64,000 nucleotides of DNA from Candidatus Aenigmatarchaeota archaeon (GCA_963726265.1 CAVSBQ010000002.1:1030533-1094532), one strand, 5' to 3'; numbered from the stretch's first letter, positions 44,558 through 53,802 are shown. Numbers and translations are program-made. The notes: generated by a model from the letters alone, not told the origin.

Positions 44558-45535
44558 TCAGACGGCCTCTATCGTCGACGGCGGCTTCCTTGTTATGTTG
44601 TAAGTGACGCTGACGACCTGCGGCATTTCGGACGTTATCCTGTCAGCGAGCTTTTCCAGGACGTCGTGGGAAAGCTTCGTAGGCGTCCCTGTCACGGCGT
44701 CCCTGCTGTCCCAGCATCTCACTTCTATCTGATGTCCGTAATCCCTTCTGCCGTTTCTCATGCCCGTGACCTTGTCCGTGTGCAGGATGGCCAGGTACTG
44801 GAAAGCGCTGGTCGTCGCCAGTTCATCTTCAACAATCTCCGTCGCTTTTCTCACGATTTCAATCTTTTCGGGCGTCACTTCCCCGATGACCCTCGCCGCA
44901 AGCGCAGGGCCTGGAAAGGGTTTTCTTTCGTATATTTCCTGCGGTAATCCAAGGGTCTTCGCCACCTTCCTCACCGCCGGCTTCCTCAGCTCGACCAGGG
45001 GCTCAAGAACCGTGTAGCCATACGCCTTCTGCGTGTCTATGCCTAGCTGCTCGAGGATGTTGTGCTGCCTCTTGACGCCGGCAAGCGTCTCCTCGACGTC
45101 GGTGTATATCGTTCCGTGGAGGAGGAACTTCGCGCCGCTTTCCTTCACCAGCTTCCCGAAGATCTCCCTGTAGAACGTCTGGGTTATCGCTTCCCTCTTT
45201 TCCTCGGGGTCGGTCAGGCCTTTCAGCGCGCTGAAGAACTGCTTCCTCGCGTCGACCAGCTCGACCTTTATGCCCATTTTCCTGAAAAATGAAACGACCC
45301 TTTGCGGTTCGCCTTCTCTCATCAGGCCGTTCTCGATGAAATACGTTCTGAGCCTGTTGCCCAGCGCCCTGTGCGCGAGAAGCGTGACCGTCGATGAATC
45401 AACGCCGCCTGACAGCGCGTTGACGGCGAGGCCGCTGCCGACAACGGAAGAAATCTCCCCCACTTTCTGCCTTATGAACTCATCCGCATTGAGCTCTTCC
45501 AGCCTTATCTCCCTGACACCCTCTTTCGTTTTCAT
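44558..45535 (-). CDS. GMP synthase ATP-pyrophosphatase subunit-like protein (divergent GuaA-C family)
   Basis: LSGGVDSS, DPEEKR, PFPGPALAAR and ITRKPPSTIE motifs, but HGTIYTD / KRQHN replace the usual QGT.yPD / KSHHN. Confidence 0.85.
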   Translation of the reverse strand: MKTKEGVREIRLEELNADEFIRQKVGEISSVVGSGLAVNALSGGVDSSTVTLLAHRALGNRLRTYFIENGLMREGEPQRVVSFFRKMGIKVELVDARKQFFSALKGLTDPEEKREAITQTFYREIFGKLVKESGAKFLLHGTIYTDVEETLAGVKRQHNILEQLGIDTQKAYGYTVLEPLVELRKPAVRKVAKTLGLPQEIYERKPFPGPALAARVIGEVTPEKIEIVRKATEIVEDELATTSAFQYLAILHTDKVTGMRNGRRDYGHQIEVRCWDSRDAVTGTPTKLSHDVLEKLADRITSEMPQVVSVTYNITRKPPSTIEAV

Positions 45536-45598
45536 GGTTTAGATTGCGCGGCCGGCTTTATATTTATTTTTTAAATCCTCTTTTCAAATTGAAACATC

Positions 45599-46339
45599 AT
45601 GAAAGCGCTCACTCTTTCCCCTTCTACGATTTCCTTGTTCATGGAGTGCCCGCGCTGCTTCTGGCTGAGGTTCAACATGGGCATTAAAAGGCCCGATACC
45701 ATTTTTCCCAGCCTTCCCGGAGGAATGGACCTCATCCTCAAGAAACATTTCGACAGGCACAGGCAGGACCGTTCGCTTCCGGAAGAGCTCGACGGCAAGT
45801 TTCAGGGAAGGCTTTTCGACGACCATGCGAAGCTCGATGCATGGAGGGATAACAGAAGGGGACTGCGCTACACGGACGAGAACACGGGCGCGGCATTGAT
45901 GGGCGCGCTGGACGACCTCTTCGTCACGGCGGATGGGAAGTTCGCGCCGCTCGATTTCAAGACGCGCGGCTTTCCAAGGAACGTGGATACGCACTCTTAC
46001 TACCAGCACCAGATGGACATATACTCCTTCCTGCTCGAGAAGAATTCCCTCCAGCCAGCGGATTTCGCCATCCTCATTTTCTACCATCCGACCGGAGTCG
46101 ACGCGAACCACAACGTCATCTTCAACTCCGACCCGGTCAAGGTCCCGGTCGACCGGAAGCGCGGCGAGAGGCTTTTCCTCGACGCGGTCGCCTGCCTGCG
46201 GGGAAGCGAACCCAAAGCCCACGCGGCCTGCGGCTTCTGCGGGTGGGCCGGCAAGCTGAATGGCATGAACATGCCAGAAACGGCAAAGCCGCACGAAGAA
46301 AGAATGGAGAAGAAGAACAACCTGTCCGATTTCATGTGA
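45599..46339 (+). CDS. PD-(D/E)XK nuclease, Cas4/AddB-like with split 4-Cys cluster
   Basis: LSPS..F.ECPRCFW, GALDDL, LDFKT, QMDIY, C-terminal CGFC. Confidence 0.88.
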   Translation: MKALTLSPSTISLFMECPRCFWLRFNMGIKRPDTIFPSLPGGMDLILKKHFDRHRQDRSLPEELDGKFQGRLFDDHAKLDAWRDNRRGLRYTDENTGAALMGALDDLFVTADGKFAPLDFKTRGFPRNVDTHSYYQHQMDIYSFLLEKNSLQPADFAILIFYHPTGVDANHNVIFNSDPVKVPVDRKRGERLFLDAVACLRGSEPKAHAACGFCGWAGKLNGMNMPETAKPHEERMEKKNNLSDFM

Positions 46340-46360
46340 TTTGTGCGGCCCTTGCTTCGT

Positions 46361-46792
46361 CTAAAGGGACGCTTCAAGTAGGTCGTGGCTTCCGCTTTCC
46401 TGGTTTTCCCTGTCCAGCACAGCAATCGCCAGGCTTTTTAATTTTTCGAGCTCATACATCAGCATTTCCACGTTCGCCTCATCGGAAAAAACAGAGCCAG
46501 CCACTTTTCTCATGTCCTCCGGGCCAAGCTCCCTGAAAAGCTTCTTTTTTCCCAGAAGATAGTAAGGCAGGGGCAATATGCATTCCATATCCTTTGCCCT
46601 GATGTGTATCATATACCCGCCAGGAAGTATTTCCACATATTTTATGCCAAACGTATTGTTGCCGTCAATATCCACTGCTCTTTCAAACACAGGGAAATTG
46701 CAGTAAGGCACTTTATCCCTCACGTTATCCCTGTATACGAAGTCCTGTGTTTGCACAGGGCCTGTGGGTCGGTGGCTGTCCTTTTTCTGCAT
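46361..46792 (-). CDS. Hypothetical protein (orphan)
   Basis: 143-aa ORF. Confidence 0.6.
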   Translation of the reverse strand: MQKKDSHRPTGPVQTQDFVYRDNVRDKVPYCNFPVFERAVDIDGNNTFGIKYVEILPGGYMIHIRAKDMECILPLPYYLLGKKKLFRELGPEDMRKVAGSVFSDEANVEMLMYELEKLKSLAIAVLDRENQESGSHDLLEASL

Positions 46793-46829
46793 AGCAATAA
46801 ATTATCCGGGATTAGCTTTAAAAATCCGG

Positions 46830-46857
46830 ATTTTCGGTTTCAGCCGAACAAAAACGG
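46830..46857 (+). promoter_or_regulatory. Copy 2 of ATTTTCGG-N5-GCCGAACAAAAACGG, just upstream of TTTATAA
   Basis: Same motif as at 42011. Confidence 0.6.
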
Positions 46858-46933
46858 GCCGGTTTATAAGAGGGCCGGACTAGTTATTAATCATAAGGCA
46901 ATGCGACCCAATACAGCCTGAAGGGGGAATGCT

Positions 46934-47293
46934 ATGAACAAGAAAAATCTTGTATACGGCCTGTTCATGATACTGATCATAATAACGGTCGGGATTGCCG
47001 GCTGCGTCAGCGGCCAGCCGAAAGCATGCACTGAAGAAGCGAAGCTATGCCCCGACGGCAGTTACGTGGGGCGCGACTCTAACAACAACTGCGAGTTCAT
47101 GCCATGCCCCGGCGATGGCGCGCAGCTTGCAAACCCGGCGTCTGTTTTCTGCGCTGACATGGACGGAACGTTAAAAATCATTACGACTGCTGAGGGGCAG
47201 GCCGGCTACTGCGAGTTCCCTGACGGCAACGTTTGCGAGGAGTGGGCGTTCTTCAGGAGCAACGGGACGGACTGCGTCGCGCCGGCGGGTTAG
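46934..47293 (+). CDS. Small Cys-rich lipoprotein with a DUF333-like domain
   Basis: GIAG-C lipobox; CTEEAKLCPDGSYVGR module; LANPASVFC...C..PDG..CEEW. Confidence 0.85.
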   Translation: MNKKNLVYGLFMILIIITVGIAGCVSGQPKACTEEAKLCPDGSYVGRDSNNNCEFMPCPGDGAQLANPASVFCADMDGTLKIITTAEGQAGYCEFPDGNVCEEWAFFRSNGTDCVAPAG

Positions 47294-47338
47294 TTTTTCG
47301 AACTTTAATTTTATAAAATCCTTAGCCAAGACTATTGC

Positions 47339-47917
47339 ATGAACGTCCTGCCTGAGATAGCGAAAAGGAAAAGCCCTCTGGTTTTCGACGAGAATAAAGA
47401 GGTCGAAAAAGAAAAGATAGATGCCCTTATCGAGGCCGCGCGCTGGGCGCCTTCCTGCTTCAACAACCAGGAATGGAATTACGTTTTTGTCGGCAGGAAA
47501 GACGGGACGAGAAAAGCCATCGAAGACGCGCTCTCGCTAGGCAACGGCTGGGCGAAGAAAGCGCCGTATATCGTAGCTGTGAGCGCTGACCCCAAGAAGG
47601 CGTGCGACACGAACAGCCTTCCTTATTACGCGTACGACCTCGGACTCAGCGTCATGAGCCTTTCGCTCGAAGCGGAACACCAGGGCCTCCGCGTCCACCA
47701 GATGGCGGGCTGGGACGAGGCGAAAGCGAAAAAGGCGCTAGGCTTCCCCGAGAATTTCAGGGTCGTGGTCGTGTTCGCGCTGGGTTACGAGGCGGACGTG
47801 AAACGCATCTTCGACAAACTAGAAGAGCGCCTGAAAGACAAGCTCGCCAGGCCCAGGACGAGGAAGCCGCCTGAAGAGAATTTTTTCTTCGGCAGTTTCG
47901 CGAAAAAACGCCCGTGA
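47339..47917 (+). CDS. Nitroreductase family protein
   Basis: EAARWAPSCFNNQEW, YDLG, LEAEHQGLRVHQMAG motifs. Confidence 0.92.
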   Translation: MNVLPEIAKRKSPLVFDENKEVEKEKIDALIEAARWAPSCFNNQEWNYVFVGRKDGTRKAIEDALSLGNGWAKKAPYIVAVSADPKKACDTNSLPYYAYDLGLSVMSLSLEAEHQGLRVHQMAGWDEAKAKKALGFPENFRVVVVFALGYEADVKRIFDKLEERLKDKLARPRTRKPPEENFFFGSFAKKRP

Positions 47918-47993
47918 ACAGTATCCGCATAAAAAGTTTGACTTCAATATATATTCAGGGTTGTTTTTGCGGGTGGGTTGAATCGCTGAGTCC

Positions 47994-48497
47994 GTGGTCA
48001 AAGCAGCAATCGGCATGCTTGCGGTTTCTGTGGCTGTATTGCTCGCGTTTTTTCCCCTCCAGCCAACTGGATACATGACGTCCGCGACCGCTTCGGAAGC
48101 TTCAGCTTCCCATAAGACCGGGGGAGAGCCGCAGGTGACGGTCACGTTCTCTTCGTATGACATCGAGCAGTGCAGTGACGAGCTGGCCGCATGTATGCAA
48201 TCGGTAAGCGAGCTCAGCGACATCGTGCTCGACAAATGCGAGAAACCGCACCACGATTTCGAGGTCGTGGCATGGGACGTCGCGAAAGCGCATGACTATT
48301 CGGAGAACGAATTCAATTGCGAGGATTTCAGCGCCTCGCTTGCCGAAAGGCTCGGCGGGCTAGGCTACAGCGCGAGGCTGGTACATGGCTATTACAAGGG
48401 CGAGCCGCACACGTGGGTGGTCGCCGAGATACCCATAGAATCCACCAGCGGCAACATCATCACGCCGCAGCAATACGCGGACTACACCGAAAAATAG
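47994..48497 (+). CDS. Secreted transglutaminase-like (papain-fold) protein
   Basis: Signal/TM segment; FNCEDFS (Cys), PHTWV (His), E/D acid. Confidence 0.7.
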   Translation: MVKAAIGMLAVSVAVLLAFFPLQPTGYMTSATASEASASHKTGGEPQVTVTFSSYDIEQCSDELAACMQSVSELSDIVLDKCEKPHHDFEVVAWDVAKAHDYSENEFNCEDFSASLAERLGGLGYSARLVHGYYKGEPHTWVVAEIPIESTSGNIITPQQYADYTEK

Positions 48498-48512
48498 AAA
48501 TATCCTAAAACC

Positions 48513-48737
48513 CTAAAGGTTTTCTCCTGTATACGAACCCGGGAAGCTTGGGAAGAATTTTTTGCGCAGGTTGTTCATGTATATTTCCCCAAGTTCACGC
48601 GCAATTCTGGATCCAAGCGGAAGTCCAAGTCCGAATACAGATGGCGGTGCGTCCGCATACGATCTTACTTCCTCCAGAACCATGAACGCTTCCACAGGAT
48701 TATCCGGAACTACCGTTAACTGAGTCCTCAGCGGCAT
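48513..48737 (-). CDS. Hypothetical protein (orphan, 74 aa)
   Basis: ORF with a TATA-like element about 25 nt upstream. Confidence 0.5.
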   Translation of the reverse strand: MPLRTQLTVVPDNPVEAFMVLEEVRSYADAPPSVFGLGLPLGSRIARELGEIYMNNLRKKFFPSFPGSYTGENL

Positions 48738-48877
48738 ATCTTCTTATAGCAGGCAAAATTTTATAAAAGGCTTGCGGCATCGCTGCGGCTCTCGTTTCCT
48801 GTTTTCGCCGTTTTCGCCAAAATTTATAACGATACGTGTTCAATATAGACTAATATTCAAACCGGGATAATGATAGC

Positions 48878-49517
48878 ATGTTCAAGCTTGTGATATTCGA
48901 CCTCGACGGGACGCTGTTTCATTCGAACCAGGCCATAGCGGAGTCCATGAACATCGCTTTCGGCAAGGCCGGCCTCGGGCCGTACGCTTGGGACAGGGAC
49001 ATCGCGAGGTTCTTCGGCATGCCTTTCAGGCAGTGGGTCGATGCGCTGCTGAAGGAAGAAGGGAGGTATTCAGACGGAGCTGGCTGAAAAGCTGGTCAAC
49101 GCCACCTGGGACATTTACGGGAAGATAGGCCCGGCAAGGTCCAGGTTCAACCCGGGTGCGCTGGAAACGCTGGATGACCTGAAAAAAAGGGGCGTCCACC
49201 TCGCCGTCGCCACCAACATGATACGCAGGCACGTCGACACGTTCTTTTCTTACTACAAGCTCGGCGGCTATTTCGAAAAGGTGTGCTCGATTTCCGACGT
49301 CAGGGAAGGCAAGCCGGCGAGGGACCAGTTCGACTGCATCATGGATGGCATCAGGGCCAGGAAAAGCGAGATACTGATGGTAGGCGACACAGCTTCGGAC
49401 GTCGGCTTCGCGAGGAACTGCGGCATACGCGTCGCTCTGCTCGACGCAGCCTGGAACCGCTCGCTGGAACCCGATTACAGGCTCAAGAGCCTGAAGGAAG
49501 TCCTTGCGATGGCATGA
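48878..49517 (+). CDS. HAD-superfamily hydrolase, +1 frameshift at about 49076
   Basis: FDLDGTL motif I; VATN, GKP and MVGDTASD in the next frame. Removing one G gives 212 aa. Confidence 0.9.
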
Positions 49518-49602
49518 GCTTTCCGCCTGCGGCGTTTCGCGCACTTATTAGCATGCCCATCCAAATATAAAGCCACAAGTTAAAGACTGTAAAGGTGTTC
49601 TT

Positions 49603-49737
49603 TTGAAACGGTGCAGCAACAGTATCGAGACGTCAGGGCAGCTGAGCAGGTGCAAGATGGACAACTCCCTGTGCTGCATTTTCCCGAAGGAAAAATGCCC
49701 CAATTTCGTCGAGAAGAAGTTCAAGAAATGGAAATAA
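49603..49737 (+). CDS. 44-aa Cys-rich microprotein (TTG start)
   Basis: AAGGTG RBS; LKRCSNSIETSGQLSRCKMDNSLCCIFPKEKCPNFVEKKFKKWK. Confidence 0.45.
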   Translation: MKRCSNSIETSGQLSRCKMDNSLCCIFPKEKCPNFVEKKFKKWK

Positions 49738-49743
49738 AGAGGG

Positions 49744-49890
49744 CTACTCTTTTTTGTTGAAGATGAAATAGGCGACTATCCCCGCCAGCGTGAGCACCGG
49801 CCCGAAAGGCGAGCGGAAGGCAAGGAAGACCACCGTGCCCGCCACAAGGACTGCGAGAATCGCGAGCGCGACGAACCTGTTTTTTATCAT
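49744..49890 (-). CDS. 48-aa two-helix membrane microprotein
   Basis: MIKNRFVALAILAVLVAGTVVFLAFRSPFGPVLTLAGIVAYFIFNKKE, just downstream of htpX. Confidence 0.6.
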   Translation of the reverse strand: MIKNRFVALAILAVLVAGTVVFLAFRSPFGPVLTLAGIVAYFIFNKKE

Positions 49891-49921
49891 GCTTACTTTT
49901 CTCCGCTTGTCTTTCAGAAAT

Positions 49922-50911
49922 CTACTGCATCTTTGAGAGGTGCTGTATCCTCTTGAGCATGTTCGGGTGTGTGCTCATGATTTCCATGAGCTTGTCTGTG
50001 GCGCTTATTTTCACTTTCGTGCCGCGTATGGCTTCAAGCTCGTTGCTGTCTATGGTCCCGCTCATGTCCTTGTCGAGCGCCTTCAGGTCGTGAAAATCGC
50101 TGATGGCCCTGGACGGGTCGTTGACGAAGAACGCTTTATAGCCCTGGACCTTCTGGATGTCTGCCCTGCTGCTCTTGGCGTTGCCGTAGACCAGCTTGTA
50201 AAGCGAGGATGCCATTGTGCTTGGTTTGTTGCCAAGCTCTACGCTGCCCTTGTCCGCCCTGTATTCCCTGAACCTCGAGGCGAACATCACGATGAGGTTG
50301 GAGACGAAGTATATCACGAAGGCCGCGATGCCTATGATGACTGCGCCGCTGTTTTTCCTGCCTGAGGAATAAAGCGAGCCCCTGAATATGAACCAGAATA
50401 TCATGGGTATGACGCTGAGCAGCGTGATGAACAGGACGTCCCTGCTCTTTATGTGGGTCATCTCGTGGCCTATCACCGAGCGCAGCTCGTCCTCGCTCAT
50501 GAGGTCGAGGATGCCGCGGGTCACGCATATCCTACCATCGCCGCGAGAGCGGCCGAAGGCGAAGGCGTTGGGCATGCGCATCTCGGAGATCGCGACCCTC
50601 GGCTTCTTCATGCCCGCCTTCTCCGCGAGCTCGGCGACCATTTTATGCAGCTCCGGCGCGTCCTTCTCGGACACGTAGCGGACGCCCATAGACCATTCGA
50701 CCAGCTTCGGGCCTATCATGTACTGGATGAACATCATCACGAAGGCAACCACGCCGTAGAAAAGGAAGCCTTCAACGCCAAGATAGGCTCCTACAAAAGC
50801 GATGACTGCGTAGATTAGGCTGAACAAAAACATGGTCAGCAGCGACATGATAATCTGCGTCTTCATGGTCATCACACTAGGACGGACGTTCCTGGTCCGG
50901 TGAACATCCAA
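49922..50911 (-). CDS. htpX: HtpX-family (M48) zinc protease
   Basis: PNAFAFG, ELRSVIGHEMTH, SRFREYRAD and STHP motifs; start uncertain. Confidence 0.94.
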   Translation of the reverse strand: MDVHRTRNVRPSVMTMKTQIIMSLLTMFLFSLIYAVIAFVGAYLGVEGFLFYGVVAFVMMFIQYMIGPKLVEWSMGVRYVSEKDAPELHKMVAELAEKAGMKKPRVAISEMRMPNAFAFGRSRGDGRICVTRGILDLMSEDELRSVIGHEMTHIKSRDVLFITLLSVIPMIFWFIFRGSLYSSGRKNSGAVIIGIAAFVIYFVSNLIVMFASRFREYRADKGSVELGNKPSTMASSLYKLVYGNAKSSRADIQKVQGYKAFFVNDPSRAISDFHDLKALDKDMSGTIDSNELEAIRGTKVKISATDKLMEIMSTHPNMLKRIQHLSKMQ

Positions 50912-50963
50912 GTAAATATATACATAAATGCAGCTTAAAAACCTTTGAGCCCGAAATTTAAAA

Positions 50964-51362
50964 ATGGGCTACTACAGGATGCTTGCGGTGATTTTCGTAA
51001 TCCTCATTTTCTCCGTGGTGGTCCAGGGCCAGGCGCTTTTTTCCGACGCGTTCTTCGCCATCGCTTACGCAGTGATGGCTCTCGCGCTCTTCATCGGCAC
51101 GAAGTGGAACAGCAGCTCCACGACTGCGATAGCGATAGGACTTCTCCTTCTGTTCTCGGTCGCTTTCCTGTCGACCAACGTCCTGATAGATTTCTTTTCG
51201 AAAGCGCCAACGCCGAACGTTTTCTTCAAGATGGCGATAGCCTTCTCGCTGGACGCATGCGCGCTGTTTTTCCTGCGCTACGGGCGTGATTTCAGGAAAC
51301 ACGAAGGGAGTCGCAGGTTCGGGCCTTACGACGTGACTGGAAAGCCGCCCAAAGAGGAGTGA
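50964..51362 (+). CDS. Hypothetical four-TM membrane protein
   Basis: Hydrophobic 132-aa ORF. Confidence 0.7.
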   Translation: MGYYRMLAVIFVILIFSVVVQGQALFSDAFFAIAYAVMALALFIGTKWNSSSTTAIAIGLLLLFSVAFLSTNVLIDFFSKAPTPNVFFKMAIAFSLDACALFFLRYGRDFRKHEGSRRFGPYDVTGKPPKEE

Positions 51363-51424
51363 CGCGCGAAAAGCGGCAAAACAATAATGCAAAACTTATA
51401 TTAGTGGAAAATATTATTGTAATT

Positions 51425-52156
51425 ATGGACGCTCCCGCTGAGCCGCAGCAGCCACAGCCCCAGCCGCAGGCAGCGCCTGCCGCATACGTGGAGCAGGGCC
51501 AGAGGGGAATCGGTTTTGTAATCAAGTGCATCTGGCTTTTCGTGCTGGGCGCGATTCTCGCCGTCGTCGGGCTTCTCTGCCTTCTCTACAGGCCTGACAT
51601 GGGCGAGATCAATCCTTTCATCATAATGCTAATGGGTCTGTTCTTCACCGCGGCGGGCTCGATATACGGCAAGCGCAAGATGGCGGGCCAGCCAGTCGTC
51701 TCGGACGAGCTCATAGACCCGCAGAAGATGCTCCAGCTGAGGCCGGTTTACGAGGCGCCGCAGCCCCAGCCATCGCAGCCTCAGCCGCAATATCCGCAGC
51801 GCCAGGAATGGCCGCAGGCCTTCCAGCCCGCCAGCCAACCGCAGGCTCCGTCGCAACCGCAGGCACAAGCGGCGGCTCCCGCGGTTTCAGCCGCTCCGAC
51901 CCAGCCCACCGAGCAGAAAATAATCAGTATATTCGTGTGCCCGAACTGCGGGGCGGAAAACGAGATGGGAGACAAATTCTGCTACAAGTGCGGCTTCAAG
52001 TTCACCAAGCCAAAAAAGAAGCCCGCGAAGAAGCCGAAGGCGGCCAAGCAAAAAACCAAACCAGCGGCCAAGATGCCCGCTGCCGCAAAACCGAAAAAGA
52101 AGGCGGTAAAAAAAGCAAAGACGTCGAAGGCCCTGAAAGAAGAAACGCCCGCTTAA
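51425..52156 (+). CDS. Two-TM protein with a Pro/Gln linker, zinc ribbon and Lys/Ala-rich tail
   Basis: CPNCGAENEMGDKFCYKCG followed by KPKKKPAKKPKAAK... Confidence 0.8.
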   Translation: MDAPAEPQQPQPQPQAAPAAYVEQGQRGIGFVIKCIWLFVLGAILAVVGLLCLLYRPDMGEINPFIIMLMGLFFTAAGSIYGKRKMAGQPVVSDELIDPQKMLQLRPVYEAPQPQPSQPQPQYPQRQEWPQAFQPASQPQAPSQPQAQAAAPAVSAAPTQPTEQKIISIFVCPNCGAENEMGDKFCYKCGFKFTKPKKKPAKKPKAAKQKTKPAAKMPAAAKPKKKAVKKAKTSKALKEETPA

Positions 52157-52199
52157 TTTTTCTTGATTGGTATTCTAGATAAATCAGACTTTGAACAAA

Positions 52200-53735
52200 T
52201 CAGGCGATTCTCCATCTGACGCCGTCTTCCTTGTCTTCCAGAATGACGCCCATGCCCTTAAGGCCGGCGCGTATCTCATCGGAAAGCGCGAACTCCTTTT
52301 TCCTGCGCAGCGCCTCCCTGACGTCGATGAAGACGGCCATTATCTTTGAGAAATTGTCTGGGTCGTATTCCTTCCCCTTCAGGCGGGCGATGTCTTTTTC
52401 GAGCCTTTTTGCGGTTTCGTCATCCTTCGCCTTCAGTAGCTCATGGCTCTCGACGAGCAGGTCAAGCGCCTTCTCCACCAGCTCTTTGGATACGCCTGCG
52501 TCTTTTTTCAGCACGCCGAGCACCCTGTCGAAGCGCTCCATGGCCGCGACGCATTTCGCGGCGTCGTCCCTGCCTATCTTGCCTGCGTCAATCAGCTTAT
52601 TGGTTTGCGTCATGAAGTCGAAAATCGCGGGCAGCGCTGCGCTCACTTCCAGGTCGTCGTCCATCGCTTCTTTGAACTTGCGCTCCGCCCCATGAACCAG
52701 CTTTTCAACGTCAGCATTGGTTTTCGTCCCCTTCACTTCTTTCAGCAGGTCGATGAAATTATCGATTTTCTCGAGCGTCTGCTTGGCCGCCCACAGCGAT
52801 TCGTCGGTCACGTTGAGCTTGGAGCGGTAGTGCGCCGAAAGCAGCGCATAGCGTATCGCTCTCGGCTCGTGACCCCTTTTCAGCAAATCGTTCAGGGTCA
52901 GGAAGTTGCCCAGCGACTTCGACATCTTCTGCCCCTCGACCATCACGTGCTCGTTGTGCAGCCAGTAGCGCACGAACTGCTGGCCATACGCCGCCTCGGA
53001 TTGCGCGATCTCGTTCTCGTGATGCGGGAAGGTGAGGTCGACACCGCCCGTGTGGATGTCGAAAGTTTTCCCAAGGTATTTCGCCGACATGACCGAGCAT
53101 TCGATATGCCAGCCGGGGCGACCCTTGCCTATCTCGGTTTCCCAGAACACGTCGCCATCCTCCGGCGTCCACGCCTTCCACAGGGCGAAGTCTCTGGCTT
53201 CGTCCTTCGAATACTCGTCCTGCGCCACGCGCGCGCCTGCCTTAAGGCCGGACAAATCGAGCTTCGAAAGCTTGCCGTAACCAGCGAATTTCCTTATGTT
53301 GAAATACACGGAGCCGTCCGCCCCGCGATATGCGACGCCTTTCTCCAGCAGGAGTTTCACCAGCTCGACCATCTCCTTGATGTGCTCGGTCGCGCGGGGA
53401 TACAATTCGAACTTCTCCACGTTCATCTTTTCGAGGTCGTCGAAAAATATCTTCGTGAACTTCTCCGTGAATTTCGCCAGCGTCATTCCCTCTTTCTTCG
53501 AATTCCTGATGGTCTTGTCGTCGACGTCGGTGATGTTCATTACATGTTTGACAGTGAAGCCGCGGTATTTCAGATACCGCCTCAGCAGGTCATAAAAAAC
53601 GAACGCGCGCAGGTTGCCTATGTGCGGGTAGTCGTAGACGGTCGGGCCGCACGAATACATCCTGACTTCGCCCTTGTGCAGCGGGAAGAACTCGTCCTTC
53701 GAGCGCGTCAGCGTGTTGTAGAACTTGAGGGGCAT
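52200..53735 (-). CDS. cysS: Cysteinyl-tRNA synthetase
   Basis: CGPTVYDYPHIGN, DFALWK, GRPGWHIECS, FPHHENE and KMSKS motifs. Confidence 0.98.
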   Translation of the reverse strand: MPLKFYNTLTRSKDEFFPLHKGEVRMYSCGPTVYDYPHIGNLRAFVFYDLLRRYLKYRGFTVKHVMNITDVDDKTIRNSKKEGMTLAKFTEKFTKIFFDDLEKMNVEKFELYPRATEHIKEMVELVKLLLEKGVAYRGADGSVYFNIRKFAGYGKLSKLDLSGLKAGARVAQDEYSKDEARDFALWKAWTPEDGDVFWETEIGKGRPGWHIECSVMSAKYLGKTFDIHTGGVDLTFPHHENEIAQSEAAYGQQFVRYWLHNEHVMVEGQKMSKSLGNFLTLNDLLKRGHEPRAIRYALLSAHYRSKLNVTDESLWAAKQTLEKIDNFIDLLKEVKGTKTNADVEKLVHGAERKFKEAMDDDLEVSAALPAIFDFMTQTNKLIDAGKIGRDDAAKCVAAMERFDRVLGVLKKDAGVSKELVEKALDLLVESHELLKAKDDETAKRLEKDIARLKGKEYDPDNFSKIMAVFIDVREALRRKKEFALSDEIRAGLKGMGVILEDKEDGVRWRIA

Positions 53736-53780
53736 AAAGACACCATAATATATTATTCTCTTGCCTAGTTTTTATTAGAA

Positions 53781-53802
53781 ATGTTTAAACAGATGTTTAA
53801 AC
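53781..53802 (+). promoter_or_regulatory. Tandem ATGTTTAAAC repeat upstream of the AbrB-like gene
   Basis: Two copies 12 bp apart, each containing the palindrome GTTTAAAC. Confidence 0.4.

Noticed and set aside
45599-46339. CRISPR-Cas locus suggested by the Cas4-like gene
   Set aside because: No repeat-spacer array and no cas1, cas2 or effector genes anywhere in the window.
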